A stretch of 64,000 nucleotides of DNA from Candidatus Obscuribacterales bacterium (GTDB lineage: Bacteria; Cyanobacteriota; Vampirovibrionia; Obscuribacterales; Obscuribacteraceae). The notes beneath the pieces were generated by a model. That model was not told the DNA's origin, did not search any database, and worked only from the letters and a program-made list of their open reading frames with translations. The stretch covers positions 3,072,001 through 3,136,000 of the forward strand of contig CBDDIJ010000003.1 of the NCBI GenBank assembly GCA_965228855.1. The letters are read 5' to 3'. Each line of letters starts with the position of its first letter. Within the stretch, counting starts at the first letter, position 1. This document shows, piece after piece, positions 29,595 to 38,901 of the stretch. Made by a program: the position numbers and the translations under genes.

Positions 29595-30893
29595 TCAGGC
29601 GTTCGTGAATGGCAGATCGCCGCTCAGGGAGAGGCTTAACGCCCCTTCAAGAGAGCACTTAACATGCATATATGAGAGACCGCCCTGCACGTATGCGGCA
29701 AACGGTGGACGCAACGGCCCATCAGCGGAGAATTCGATAGTCGAGCCTTCAACGAAGGTGCCTCCCGCCATGATGATTTGATCCTGGTAACCAGGCATAT
29801 TTGCCGGTTCGGGGTCGACATGGGCATTGACCGGCGAAAACCGTTGTATTGCCTTGCAGAAGTTAATCAGCTTTTCTTTGCCGCCGAACTCAATCGACTG
29901 GATGATATCGAACCTTTCTTCGTCGGGAGCAGGACTGACCTTGAAGCCCAGGTCGCGGAACACGGATGCAGTGAGGGCTACGCCTTTCAGTGCCGACGAA
30001 ACGACTGACGGCGCGAGAAAAAGACCCTGAAAAATCATTCGCCCCTGATTGAAGCTGTGACCCATATGACCGCCCACTCCGGGCGCGGTCAGTCTGTTTA
30101 GAGCCGATTCGACAGCGGATCTTTTGCCGGCAATATATCCACCGGCTACACATAGACCACCACCAGGATTTTTGATCAAACTGCCCGCGACTAAATCCGC
30201 TCCGACATTGGTCGGCTCGTCTACCTCGACGAACTCACCGTAGCAGTTGTCGACCATAATAAGCCCGTCTTTGTCTATGGAACGAACGGCATCAATCATC
30301 TTCTTCAGGTCACGATTGGAATATGTGCGCCGCGACATACTGTATCCTCGCGACTTTTGCAGATAATAGATGCGAGCCGGCGCGTGCGGTTTTATCGCAT
30401 TAATAAGAGCGGCTCTGACAGCAGTCTCCGAGCAACCAGTGCCTGAGTCGTCCAACAAAGGACCAAGATCGATCTGTTCGTACTTGGCGCCCAGTTTTGT
30501 TAAACTACCGGGCTCGTCACCCGTGATTCCCAGTACCTCTTCGAGGGAATCGTAAGGCGCGCCGGTGAGACATAGAAGTTTCTCAGAGCTCGAAATGTTT
30601 CCGAGAATGGCGCAGGCGAGCGCATGCGTTCCACTGACGAATTGCATCCGCAGGCACGCGGCTTCGGCGCCGAAGATGTGAGCAACAATTTCGTCGAGAG
30701 CATCGCGACCGGCATTGTCTATTCCGTAACCGGTTTTCTCAGCGAAAAACTCCTCGGTAACGCGCGCTTCGCGAAAAGCTTTCAGAACCTTGTGCTGATT
30801 TGCCAGCGCCGCATCGTCGATGGCTTTGAAAACGTCTTTGAGCCGTTCTTCTCCGGCGTCGATCAAATCACGTGCGTTCAGGGTTGTTGTCAT
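29595..30893 (-). CDS. PLP-dependent methionine gamma-lyase/aluminium-resistance family protein (YnbB-like)
   Basis: QFVSGTHA, DNCYGEFVE, AGSLIKNPGGG, MAGGTFVEGSTIEFSADGP. Confidence 0.92.
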   Translation of the reverse strand: MTTTLNARDLIDAGEERLKDVFKAIDDAALANQHKVLKAFREARVTEEFFAEKTGYGIDNAGRDALDEIVAHIFGAEAACLRMQFVSGTHALACAILGNISSSEKLLCLTGAPYDSLEEVLGITGDEPGSLTKLGAKYEQIDLGPLLDDSGTGCSETAVRAALINAIKPHAPARIYYLQKSRGYSMSRRTYSNRDLKKMIDAVRSIDKDGLIMVDNCYGEFVEVDEPTNVGADLVAGSLIKNPGGGLCVAGGYIAGKRSAVESALNRLTAPGVGGHMGHSFNQGRMIFQGLFLAPSVVSSALKGVALTASVFRDLGFKVSPAPDEERFDIIQSIEFGGKEKLINFCKAIQRFSPVNAHVDPEPANMPGYQDQIIMAGGTFVEGSTIEFSADGPLRPPFAAYVQGGLSYMHVKCSLEGALSLSLSGDLPFTNA

Positions 30894-30975
30894 CGCTGTC
30901 TCTTTTATGAAATCTGCGCGTTCAATTGAACTAATTTCAGCGTCGCTACGTCAATAAAAATATAGAGATGTAATT

Positions 30976-31839
30976 TTGTTCAGGAGGTCGGTCGTGAATA
31001 AGACGTTGTCCGCCGTCCGCAATCTGTTTGTGGATAAACCGATTGCGCTTTTCAAGTACCTCGACGTTTCCTCTTATTTCTGCGAGGAGAAGTGCCGCGC
31101 ATGTGGCAGATCGGTTCTCGAAGAACCGTTCAATTCTGAACATTCGGAGAGTAAATTCGAGCCTCGCTCGAACCGCTGTTGTCTGTGTCATGAGTGCCAT
31201 GCAAAATTCTTGCGAAACCGGCAGTCACTGTGGTGGCTTCCTGTTGATGGGGAGAAAACAGGTGCTGAGGTTTTTAACCGAAAAATCGGCAACACCACAT
31301 TCGACACCACTCAACTCCTACCGGTCGCCACAGCTGCAATGTACGAGGGGGTAATGCAAAAGCTTATAAGGAAACTAAAGTACGATGACGACCGGCTGGT
31401 TGTCAGAGACATCAACGTTCCCATGCAGCAAGCGTTTCTAAAACTGCAGAGTGAAGTCGATGCGTTTCGAGATGGACGTAACTTGCTGATTGTTCCAATC
31501 CCTCTGCATAAGAGTCGAGAGCGCAAACGCGGCTACAACCAGGCAAAATTACTGGCGAAAGGCGTGGCTGACAGTAATAAACTTTCAGTCAATTGTGATG
31601 TTCTAAAACGAGTGAAGAAGACCAAACCACAGTTCGGATTGAATAAACAGGACCGATTAGCAAACATCGACGGAGCATTTTCACTTGGAAGAACCGACGT
31701 GACGGGCAAATCAATTATTCTCATAGATGATGTCTTCACTTCAGGCGCGACCCTGACTTTGTGCGCAAAACTACTCACCACAGGTGGTGCCAGTAACGTC
31801 GCCGCCATAGCAGCGGCTCGGGCCCCGTATGATCGCTAG
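30976..31839 (+). CDS. comF: ComF family phosphoribosyltransferase-like protein
   Basis: CxxC..CxxC zinc ribbon, VPIPLH..RGYNQA, LIDDVFTSGATL; start codon uncertain. Confidence 0.9.
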   Translation: MFRRSVVNKTLSAVRNLFVDKPIALFKYLDVSSYFCEEKCRACGRSVLEEPFNSEHSESKFEPRSNRCCLCHECHAKFLRNRQSLWWLPVDGEKTGAEVFNRKIGNTTFDTTQLLPVATAAMYEGVMQKLIRKLKYDDDRLVVRDINVPMQQAFLKLQSEVDAFRDGRNLLIVPIPLHKSRERKRGYNQAKLLAKGVADSNKLSVNCDVLKRVKKTKPQFGLNKQDRLANIDGAFSLGRTDVTGKSIILIDDVFTSGATLTLCAKLLTTGGASNVAAIAAARAPYDR

Positions 31840-31968
31840 TTCAGTTTCAACGACGAAATGCGTTCGTTTCAGCCGTTTGTGAACGCTCTATCACGTGCGC
31901 AATGGTTGAAACACTTGAGTAATGTTTTGCAATCAAAAGCCTAATAAGAATAAAGAGGGGCTGCAAAG

Positions 31969-33789
31969 TTGTATGATCAGACTCCTTCAATATATAGGGA
32001 TCTCATGAAACAGGATAAATCAAAGGGCGGACCGGAGAGACGGGTCCGACGGATGAGCAACGAGGAGTCTTCCTCGTACAAGGAAACTCGCAGACGGCGC
32101 GAGGAAGGCGAACCGGAAGGTGGTTCGGAAGAACGCGGCGATTTCCGGCGCGATCGGGAGCCACCGCCGAATAACGTAAATCTCTACCTCAGCCCACGAT
32201 TGATGGACCTGGCGACGGAGCTGGCAGACGAAGCCAGGATGCCTGTCAAACTTTACCTGGTCGAAGCAATCAAGTACGTTCTCCTGGCTCAAGCAGGACG
32301 GATAGACAAGCGCGATAAATATAAAGCAGAATTCGTTTCCGGCGCTCGCATGAAGACGAGCACATGGAGACCGGAAGAGAAGAAAGATGCCGAGCACGAA
32401 CTGGACGAAGCAGGGGACGATGAGGCGAAAGCACAACTTTCAACATCTCCGTCGGGTATCGATGCTCCTGGTGACTTCGGCTCAGATGACGAATCGGTCT
32501 CGGATGCAGTAGTCGATTCCGAAGACGAAGAATTCGACGAAAGCGATGCTGACGACGATGAGGATTCGAGTGAGCACTTGAAGGAACGACCAGAAGGCGA
32601 AGAAGAAGAAGAAGAAGAAGAAGAAGACGACGACGACGACGACGATGATGACGAAGACGACGAAGAAGATGATGACGAAGACGACGAAGAAGAAGATGGT
32701 GAGTTCGAGCGAGCACGCGCTGCTGCAATAGCGAAGCGAGAAGCAGCCAAAGAGGAAGCTCGTCGAACCACTGGGGACGATTCGTCTTCCAAGAGACCAC
32801 GTAAACGCGATGATGAAAACGAAACCCGTGGACGTGGTCGCTATGGCGACGAAGGCGGTCGCAGTGGTGGAGGAGAAGGCGGACGTGGACGTTCCGGCGG
32901 CGGCGGATATGCAGCTGGCGGACGTGGTCGCACGAGCACGGGCGAGGGCCGCGGTCGTTCTTCCGGTGGCGGATATGGCGACGGCGGTGGTCGCGGTCGT
33001 TCCGAAGGCGGCTACGGACGAGGTCGCGCAGAATCCGGTGAAGGCGGCGGTGCGCGTGGACGTTCCAGCAGCAGCGGCGGCGGATACGGTGGCGGCGCAG
33101 GTCGTGGTCGTTCCGGCAGCAGCGGCGGCGGATACGGTGGCGGCGCAGGTCGCGGTCGTTCCGGCGATGGTGAAGGCGGAGGTGCTCGCGGACGTTCCGG
33201 CGGCAGTGGCGGCGGATACGGTGGCGGCGCTGGTCGCGGGCGTTCCGGCGATGGTGAAGGCGGCGGTGCTCGCGGACGTTCCGGCGGCAGCGGCGGCGGA
33301 TACGGTGGCGGCGCAGGTCGCGGACGTTCCGGAAGCGGTGAAGGTGCCGGCGCTCGTGGACGTTCCGGCGGCAGCGGCGGCGGATACGGTGGCGGCGCTG
33401 GTCGCGGACGTTCCGGAGGCGGTGAAGGCGGCGGCGCTCGTGGACGTTCCGGCGGCAGCGGCGGCGGATACGCAGGCGGCGCAGGTCGCGGGCGTTCCGG
33501 AGGCGGTGAAGGTGGCGGCGCTCGTGGACGCTCCGGCGGCAGTGGCGGCGGATACGGTGGCGGCGCGGGTCGCGGTCGTTCCGGCGGCGGTGAAGGCGGC
33601 GGCGGCGCTCGTGGGCGTTCCGGCGGCAGCGGTGGCGGATACGGTGGCGGCGCGGGTCGCGGTCGTTCCGGCGGTGGCACTGGTCGCTCCGGTGGTGGCA
33701 CCGGTCGCGGTGGCGCCGGTCGTTCTGGCGGCGGCACCGGGCGTGGTGGCGCATCGGGTGGACGCAAACCAGCAGGCCGCAAGCCATAA
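31969..33789 (+). CDS. Low-complexity protein: predicted RHH domain, acidic D/E tract and RG/GYG repeat tail
   Basis: 606-aa ORF filling the gap between comF and tlpA in the same orientation, with an AGAGGGG RBS; nucleotide differences between repeat units are largely synonymous in this frame. Confidence 0.8.
   Translation: MYDQTPSIYRDLMKQDKSKGGPERRVRRMSNEESSSYKETRRRREEGEPEGGSEERGDFRRDREPPPNNVNLYLSPRLMDLATELADEARMPVKLYLVEAIKYVLLAQAGRIDKRDKYKAEFVSGARMKTSTWRPEEKKDAEHELDEAGDDEAKAQLSTSPSGIDAPGDFGSDDESVSDAVVDSEDEEFDESDADDDEDSSEHLKERPEGEEEEEEEEEDDDDDDDDDEDDEEDDDEDDEEEDGEFERARAAAIAKREAAKEEARRTTGDDSSSKRPRKRDDENETRGRGRYGDEGGRSGGGEGGRGRSGGGGYAAGGRGRTSTGEGRGRSSGGGYGDGGGRGRSEGGYGRGRAESGEGGGARGRSSSSGGGYGGGAGRGRSGSSGGGYGGGAGRGRSGDGEGGGARGRSGGSGGGYGGGAGRGRSGDGEGGGARGRSGGSGGGYGGGAGRGRSGSGEGAGARGRSGGSGGGYGGGAGRGRSGGGEGGGARGRSGGSGGGYAGGAGRGRSGGGEGGGARGRSGGSGGGYGGGAGRGRSGGGEGGGGARGRSGGSGGGYGGGAGRGRSGGGTGRSGGGTGRGGAGRSGGGTGRGGASGGRKPAGRKP
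32599..32697 (+). repeat. Coding trinucleotide run (GAA)9 (GAC)6 and continuing D/E codons
   Basis: Direct reading; encodes EEEEEEEEEDDDDDDDDDEDDEEDDDEDDEEED. Confidence 0.95.
33169..33675 (+). repeat. Six tandem 84-bp coding repeats (GEGGGARGRSGGSGGGYGGGAGRGRSGx)
   Basis: GGTGAA recurs at 33169, 33253, 33337, 33421, 33505 and 33589; degenerate units lie upstream. Confidence 0.95.
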
Positions 33790-33822
33790 CAGAAAACTCG
33801 ATTTAAGCTAACGCAAAAGGAG

Positions 33823-34473
33823 ATGTCTATGAAATGGTCGCACTTGGCAGTCGCCGTACTAGCAGCTGTTTCTCTGAATGCTCAGAACGCATCGGCAGAG
33901 TATCCACCGAAAGTAAAGAAGGAACTCGTGGCCGGTAACGACCTCAGAGGCAAAGAAGCCCCGGTTCTCGAAGTAGAACAATGGGTGAATGGCACCACTC
34001 CTGATATCAAAGGGAAAGTGGTACTGGTCGACTTCTGGGCGACCTGGTGCGGACCTTGCCGGCAGCTGATTCCGGAATTGAACGGTTTCAAAGAAAAATT
34101 CGGCGACGACCTCGTCATCATTGGACTCAGCGACGAGCCTGTGGAGAAACTCAAACCGTTTGTCGAATCAAACAAAGTCGATTACATCATCGGTACCGAT
34201 CCGAAAAAACAAACGAAGAAGGTCCTCAAGGTTCAGGGCATTCCTCACGTGATGATCGTCACGCCGGACAATGTCGTGCGCTGGCAGGGATTTCCGGGAG
34301 AGGAAAACGACCCGTTAACCGAAGACAAAATTGCAGCGATCATCGAGACCAGCAAAGCTGAGAACGCTGACGCTGCAAAATTTGCCATTCATGTGGTCAA
34401 CGAGACGCCTGCAGGTGGCACCAAAGAAGCCTCCGGCGAGTCCAAAGAAAAATCCGAAGAGGCATCAGACTAG
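33823..34473 (+). CDS. Exported TlpA-family thiol-disulfide oxidoreductase
   Basis: Signal peptide, VLVDFWATWCGPC, cis-Pro GIPH. Confidence 0.9.
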   Translation: MSMKWSHLAVAVLAAVSLNAQNASAEYPPKVKKELVAGNDLRGKEAPVLEVEQWVNGTTPDIKGKVVLVDFWATWCGPCRQLIPELNGFKEKFGDDLVIIGLSDEPVEKLKPFVESNKVDYIIGTDPKKQTKKVLKVQGIPHVMIVTPDNVVRWQGFPGEENDPLTEDKIAAIIETSKAENADAAKFAIHVVNETPAGGTKEASGESKEKSEEASD

Positions 34474-34484
34474 TCGAACTGCCA

Positions 34485-35069
34485 CTAACTGTGGTGACTG
34501 CGCGAATTCGCCTTAGCCCTCGGATGCCACTTTCCATGGGCTTTTTTATGATGCTTGCCGGACGTCTTTATCAGTCCGAGTTCGTGCTGAGCCGTCTTGT
34601 ATTCAGGGGACTCAGAAGGAATCAAGTTCAACAGCTTAACCGCTGAGGCGTTGTCGCCATGCGCTCTAGACTGTTTCGACAGACTGAGATAAACGCGGTC
34701 CAGTTTCACAGAATATTCCGGCGAGAGGCCATAGGCATCTTCCAGCTTTTCGAGTTCTGCTCGCGCGACAACCAGATGTCCGCTTTTGAGAGTCTCGTCG
34801 ATTCGAGCTTCGGCACGCTTCTGTGTATCCACTTTACTCGCCTGCGCAGACGCAAAACTAGAAAAGTTTTTCTGAATAATCAAACCAAAGCCGAAAAGAA
34901 TCGCTATGGATCCAAGAACCAAACCGGTGCCGGCAATGGCGAGAACGACGCTGCGCGGAGAAAAGCGCTCCTCGGTGATTGGTCCACTGCCATTACCTCT
35001 GGTGCTAAAACTCCTTTGATGAACGGCGGTCTTCATAAATAACTCCTGCGATACGCAATCCCTTGACAT
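34485..35069 (-). CDS. Hypothetical single-pass membrane protein
   Basis: One TM helix, then a helical domain and a basic His-rich tail; fills the gap without major overlap. Confidence 0.6.
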   Translation of the reverse strand: MSRDCVSQELFMKTAVHQRSFSTRGNGSGPITEERFSPRSVVLAIAGTGLVLGSIAILFGFGLIIQKNFSSFASAQASKVDTQKRAEARIDETLKSGHLVVARAELEKLEDAYGLSPEYSVKLDRVYLSLSKQSRAHGDNASAVKLLNLIPSESPEYKTAQHELGLIKTSGKHHKKAHGKWHPRAKANSRSHHS

Positions 35070-35156
35070 CTATTGGGACCATGATACCGTCTGCGGATGC
35101 AAGATCTCGAAAACTACAAAATCTATTCACAATCCAGAAAGCGGTGTCAGTTTTAG

Positions 35157-35498
35157 CTACTTTTTCGCGTCCTGCTTCGCCCGACTAAGAGCATCGGCTT
35201 CGACAAGAAGACCCTGCCGCTCATAAGTCTTCCAGAGTTCCGACCACTTTAGAATCACGTAGTGCTGCGTCGAATACTTCTTGGCCAGACGAGTAATTTG
35301 CGCGTTTCCACTACGCAAAATCTCAAGCCCGTCAAGACCAGCACATTTGCGACAGAGAACTTCTTTCTCCTCGTCGTTTTTAGTATTGAGCTTTACGATG
35401 TCGTCGACCACGAGCTTCATATCGCAGCCAAAGCAGCGAGACGGTCGGCTCAACGCGAATACGGAATTCGCCGGATTCTTTTTCTCTTGTTCACTCAA
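35157..35498 (-). CDS. Zn-finger protein resembling the N-terminal region of DUF2293-containing proteins
   Basis: CxxC..LCxxCAGLD.L.IL.SGNA.ITR.AKKYS..V.LKWS..YERQGLLVE; abuts the hemL stop. Confidence 0.65.
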   Translation of the reverse strand: MSEQEKKNPANSVFALSRPSRCFGCDMKLVVDDIVKLNTKNDEEKEVLCRKCAGLDGLEILRSGNAQITRLAKKYSTQHYVILKWSELWKTYERQGLLVEADALSRAKQDAKK

Positions 35499-36833
35499 TT
35501 AGGAAACTTCTTTGAAGACCTTATCGAACGCTTCGATTGTCTGATCGATGATGCGCTTTGTGTGCATCGTCGATAAGAAGGCGGCTTCGAATTGCGAAGG
35601 CGGCCAGTAGATACCATGGTTGAGTAACTCTTTCCAAACTTTGGAGAACATCTCAGTATCTGCCTTTTGAGCTTCTTCGAAATTGGTGACTTCACCCTTC
35701 GTGAAAAAGACAGTGATCATGCCGCAAGTCGAAGAGACGTGAACCTTGATGCCGTGCTCTTTGGCAGCATCTCTCACGCCCTGTGCGAGTTTGTCGGTCA
35801 TCTCTTTCATGTCCGCATAGATTTTCTCCGAGCGGAGTGCGCGCAGTTGAGCGAGCCCGGCAGCCATGGCAAGCGGGTTTCCGGAGAGCGTACCGGCTTG
35901 ATAAACCGAACCTTGCGGAGCCACCATTTCCATTACGTCTCTTCTGCCGCCGTAGGCACCGACAGGCAATCCGCCGCCGATGACCTTGCCAAGGCAGGTG
36001 AGATCCGGTTTTACGTTTAGCAGGTTTTGTGCGCCGCCTTTAGCAACGCGGAAGCCTGTCATCACTTCATCAAAAATGAGGAGCGCTTTGTGCTTCGTAC
36101 AAAGCTCGCGAAGTCCTTCTAAAAATCCTTCTTTCGGGTTGAGTAATCCTGAGTTGCCGACGATCGGCTCCACGATTACCGCAGCAATCTCATCCTTGTG
36201 TTCCTGGAACGCTTTGGAGACTGCATCCAGATCATTAAAGGGAAGCGAAATCGTAAGCTTCGAGACCTCTTCCGGTACGCCAGGACTGCTTGCAATTCCG
36301 AGTGTAGCAAGACCGGAACCTGCTTTTACGAGGAAACCGTCTGCATGACCGTGATAGCAGCCGTCGAATTTGATTATCAGGTCGCGCTTCGTAAAGGCAC
36401 GGGCAACACGAATAGCCGACATGCATGCTTCAGTGCCGGAGTTGACCATGCGCACCATTTCGATGGACGGAATCAACTCTGTAATCAATTCGGCCAGTTC
36501 AACTTCTGCTCTGCAAGGAGCACCATAGCTGGTACCATGCTCGAGGCCCTGCTCAATGGCTTCCAGGAGTCTAGGGTGACGATGACCCAAGATCATCGGT
36601 CCCCAGGAGAGCACATAATCAATGTATTCGGTATCATCGACATCGAATAAATACGGACCATCAGCACGAGCCATGAAGACAGGCTCAGAATCAACCGATA
36701 GACACGCGCGCGCAGGAGAATTAACTCCGCCCGGCATCACTTTCTTGGCGCGCTCGAAAAGTCTCTTCGAACGTGTCTCCGCCACCGCCGGCACGGACCC
36801 CTCTTTTTTGTCCTTGGTTGCTGTTTCTGTCAT
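35499..36833 (-). CDS. hemL: Glutamate-1-semialdehyde 2,1-aminomutase
   Basis: PGGVNSP, SWGPMILGH, NSGTEA, FDEVMTGFR, GKVIGGGLPVGA, YQAGTLSGNP; start uncertain (36833 or 36881). Confidence 0.97.
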   Translation of the reverse strand: MTETATKDKKEGSVPAVAETRSKRLFERAKKVMPGGVNSPARACLSVDSEPVFMARADGPYLFDVDDTEYIDYVLSWGPMILGHRHPRLLEAIEQGLEHGTSYGAPCRAEVELAELITELIPSIEMVRMVNSGTEACMSAIRVARAFTKRDLIIKFDGCYHGHADGFLVKAGSGLATLGIASSPGVPEEVSKLTISLPFNDLDAVSKAFQEHKDEIAAVIVEPIVGNSGLLNPKEGFLEGLRELCTKHKALLIFDEVMTGFRVAKGGAQNLLNVKPDLTCLGKVIGGGLPVGAYGGRRDVMEMVAPQGSVYQAGTLSGNPLAMAAGLAQLRALRSEKIYADMKEMTDKLAQGVRDAAKEHGIKVHVSSTCGMITVFFTKGEVTNFEEAQKADTEMFSKVWKELLNHGIYWPPSQFEAAFLSTMHTKRIIDQTIEAFDKVFKEVS

Positions 36834-36987
36834 AAGTTTTTCAATCACCTGCGCGTTTTTGTTTCTTCCCGTAATCGACATTCCCGGTTTAACCGAGAGT
36901 GACGCTCAACCATCCAAAGTTTTTCGAAACCCAATCAGTGTCAACCAAGCTGGGTTTCGCTAAGACGAAGGAAAGTCGTTGACTCGA

Positions 36988-37458
36988 TCAGTCAGCGACC
37001 TTTTCTTTCTGTCCCTTCAATACTCGCTCGATCGCCTGCTCGACCATTTTCACGGCCTTCTCACCCGCTTTGAAATCGCGCATCTTGTGCTCTTCGTCAA
37101 AGAGGTAATAGGCAGGAACGTATTTATTCTCGAAGCGATTTGTGATTTCGTGCCAGTTATCGACAACGCATGGTTGTTTCACTTCCCACTCGTCAATCGC
37201 TTCCTTTACAGACTCGACTTTGGTATCACTTTCCTGTCTTGGCATGTGCACCGAGATAATTTGCAGACCTTGCGGTTTGTAAGTTTCCAACCAGCGGTTG
37301 ATCTCAGGCAAACTCTCCTTGCAAGTGCCGCAACTAATCGACCAGAAGTGGATGAGAACCGGCTTTCCAGCGAGTTGCTCATTTGTTATCGGTTCAGAAT
37401 TGAACCAATCCGTTCCACCTTCGAGCGATGGCAGGGGAGTATCCATTCGAAGCGGCAT
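36988..37458 (-). CDS. ykuV: YkuV/AhpT-like thiol-disulfide oxidoreductase
   Basis: LIHFWSISCGTCKE, SVHMPR, FENKYVPAYYLFD and FKAG..KMVE closely recall B. subtilis YkuV. Confidence 0.8.
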   Translation of the reverse strand: MPLRMDTPLPSLEGGTDWFNSEPITNEQLAGKPVLIHFWSISCGTCKESLPEINRWLETYKPQGLQIISVHMPRQESDTKVESVKEAIDEWEVKQPCVVDNWHEITNRFENKYVPAYYLFDEEHKMRDFKAGEKAVKMVEQAIERVLKGQKEKVAD

Positions 37459-37533
37459 ACGACCTCCTTGATACCGAACATCATCTAACCATTATTGTAT
37501 CGCCGTGAGCGATCAGCATCGTGTCTTTTAATC

Positions 37534-37566
37534 AAAAGAGTCGCTAGCACTTGACCAGCGACTCTT
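37534..37566 (-). terminator. Intrinsic terminator-like hairpin between the peroxiredoxin and ykuV-like genes
   Basis: Minus strand AAGAGTCGCT-N11-AGCGACTCTTTT. Confidence 0.55.
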
Positions 37567-37588
37567 CGAATTCATTGTTTACAACGAA

Positions 37589-38128
37589 CTAAACGGAAAG
37601 GGGCTTTTGACCCGGCTTCCAGTCAGCGCCGCAGAGACCACCGGTCTTGAGTGCTTCAAGAACGCGGAGGGTTTCGTCTACGCTACGGCCGACGTTGAGG
37701 CTGTGAACAACTTGATACTGGAGGTAGCCGTCCGGATCGATGATGAAGAGACCGCGGAGCGAGATGCCCTTGTCTTCGAGCAATACGCCGTAATCGCGGC
37801 ATACATCTTTGGTGATGTCGGAGCCGAGTACGTAATCCAGTTTGCCGAGTCCACCTTTGTCTTCCGAGGTGCTGATCCAAGCGCGGTGGCTATAGACGCT
37901 GTCGGTCGAAACTGCGAGAACTTCTGCGCCAGCAGCTTTGATGTCAGCCAATCTGTCATGGAAGGCTTTCAATTCTGTGGGGCAGACGAAGGTGAAGTCG
38001 AGCGGATAGAAGAAAAGGATGAGCCATTTGCCTTTGTAATCGGCGAGGCTTACGTTTTCTTTCAAAGTTTTGAGGTCCTTGGTGGACGGCATATCAAAGG
38101 GTGGAGCTTTTTTTCCAACTTGCAACAT
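37589..38128 (-). CDS. ahpC: 2-Cys peroxiredoxin (AhpC/TSA; YkuU/AhpA-like)
   Basis: FYPLDFTFVCPTE, GRSVDETLRVL, GGLCGADWKPGQ; ATG 38128 with GGAG. Confidence 0.93.
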   Translation of the reverse strand: MLQVGKKAPPFDMPSTKDLKTLKENVSLADYKGKWLILFFYPLDFTFVCPTELKAFHDRLADIKAAGAEVLAVSTDSVYSHRAWISTSEDKGGLGKLDYVLGSDITKDVCRDYGVLLEDKGISLRGLFIIDPDGYLQYQVVHSLNVGRSVDETLRVLEALKTGGLCGADWKPGQKPLSV

Positions 38129-38363
38129 TAGGCGAACTCCCATTCGTTCGGGTAAGAGTGAACACAAGACCTAGAATGGTACTAAGCTTTGCTGTATTCC
38201 TTAATATGTTTAATGGAAATTGTAGAATTTGCTTAACGCTTATTTGCATCTTGCGTCCGAGTCATCAAGCCGATTAGCTCGCAATGCCCCCAGGAACGCG
38301 ACTCGGAGAAGCGCTTTACCGGCTCATTTTGCAGGAACCAGAAAGTAACCTGATTTCCAAAAG

Positions 38364-38552
38364 CTACTTAGTAATAGGTTTGGTCTTCTCTACCCAGTCA
38401 GAAAGAACGCGCCCGAGATCGTTGAGCGCCACGTATTTGCGAATCAATGGACTCTTAGGATCCCAACCGATTGTCAACAAATGAATAAGGTGCTCGCGAG
38501 GACTGACGCTTGACTTGCTGCGACCAAGTTCGGAATCGTTTTGATCACTCAT
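38364..38552 (-). CDS. Small hypothetical protein (62 aa)
   Basis: AGGAG RBS 8 nt before ATG; sits alone in intergenic space. Confidence 0.55.
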   Translation of the reverse strand: MSDQNDSELGRSKSSVSPREHLIHLLTIGWDPKSPLIRKYVALNDLGRVLSDWVEKTKPITK

Positions 38553-38726
38553 ATTTCACGCTCCTGATATCAAGCACTCGATTGGGCGAGTCGAAACTCT
38601 CGAGATCGAGACTACAACCGCTACAACTCTTAATTTAAACAGTCGAGACCGCATTGCGGATCGCAAACTCTTGTTCAAACGTTTCTCATTTGCTATCAAT
38701 AGTTAAGCAGCGGGCGCAGGGTTTGA

Positions 38727-38756
38727 TTGACCCTACGATTATATATTTGGTAGTAT
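38727..38756 (+). promoter_or_regulatory. Sigma70-type promoter for rplU-rpmA
   Basis: TTGACC-N18-TAGTAT with extended -10 TG. Confidence 0.55.
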
Positions 38757-38901
38757 TCGAATTCGCTCTCTCGCTCTTAGAAACCAAGGACGTGTTTCTG
38801 GGGGGCGTAGAGCTGGCGCTTGGTTGGGCCGCGACTCAGTCGTCGGGCTCCCAGACGAGTATCAACGTCATTCAGTTCGTGTAGAAATTCCGGAGACAGC
38901 A

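Noticed and set aside
32270..33811. Long alternative-frame ORFs (505 aa minus, 333 aa plus, 256 aa minus, 167 aa minus)
   Set aside because: Shadows of the stop-poor GC-rich repeat; variation between units is mostly at third positions of the 31969-33789 frame.
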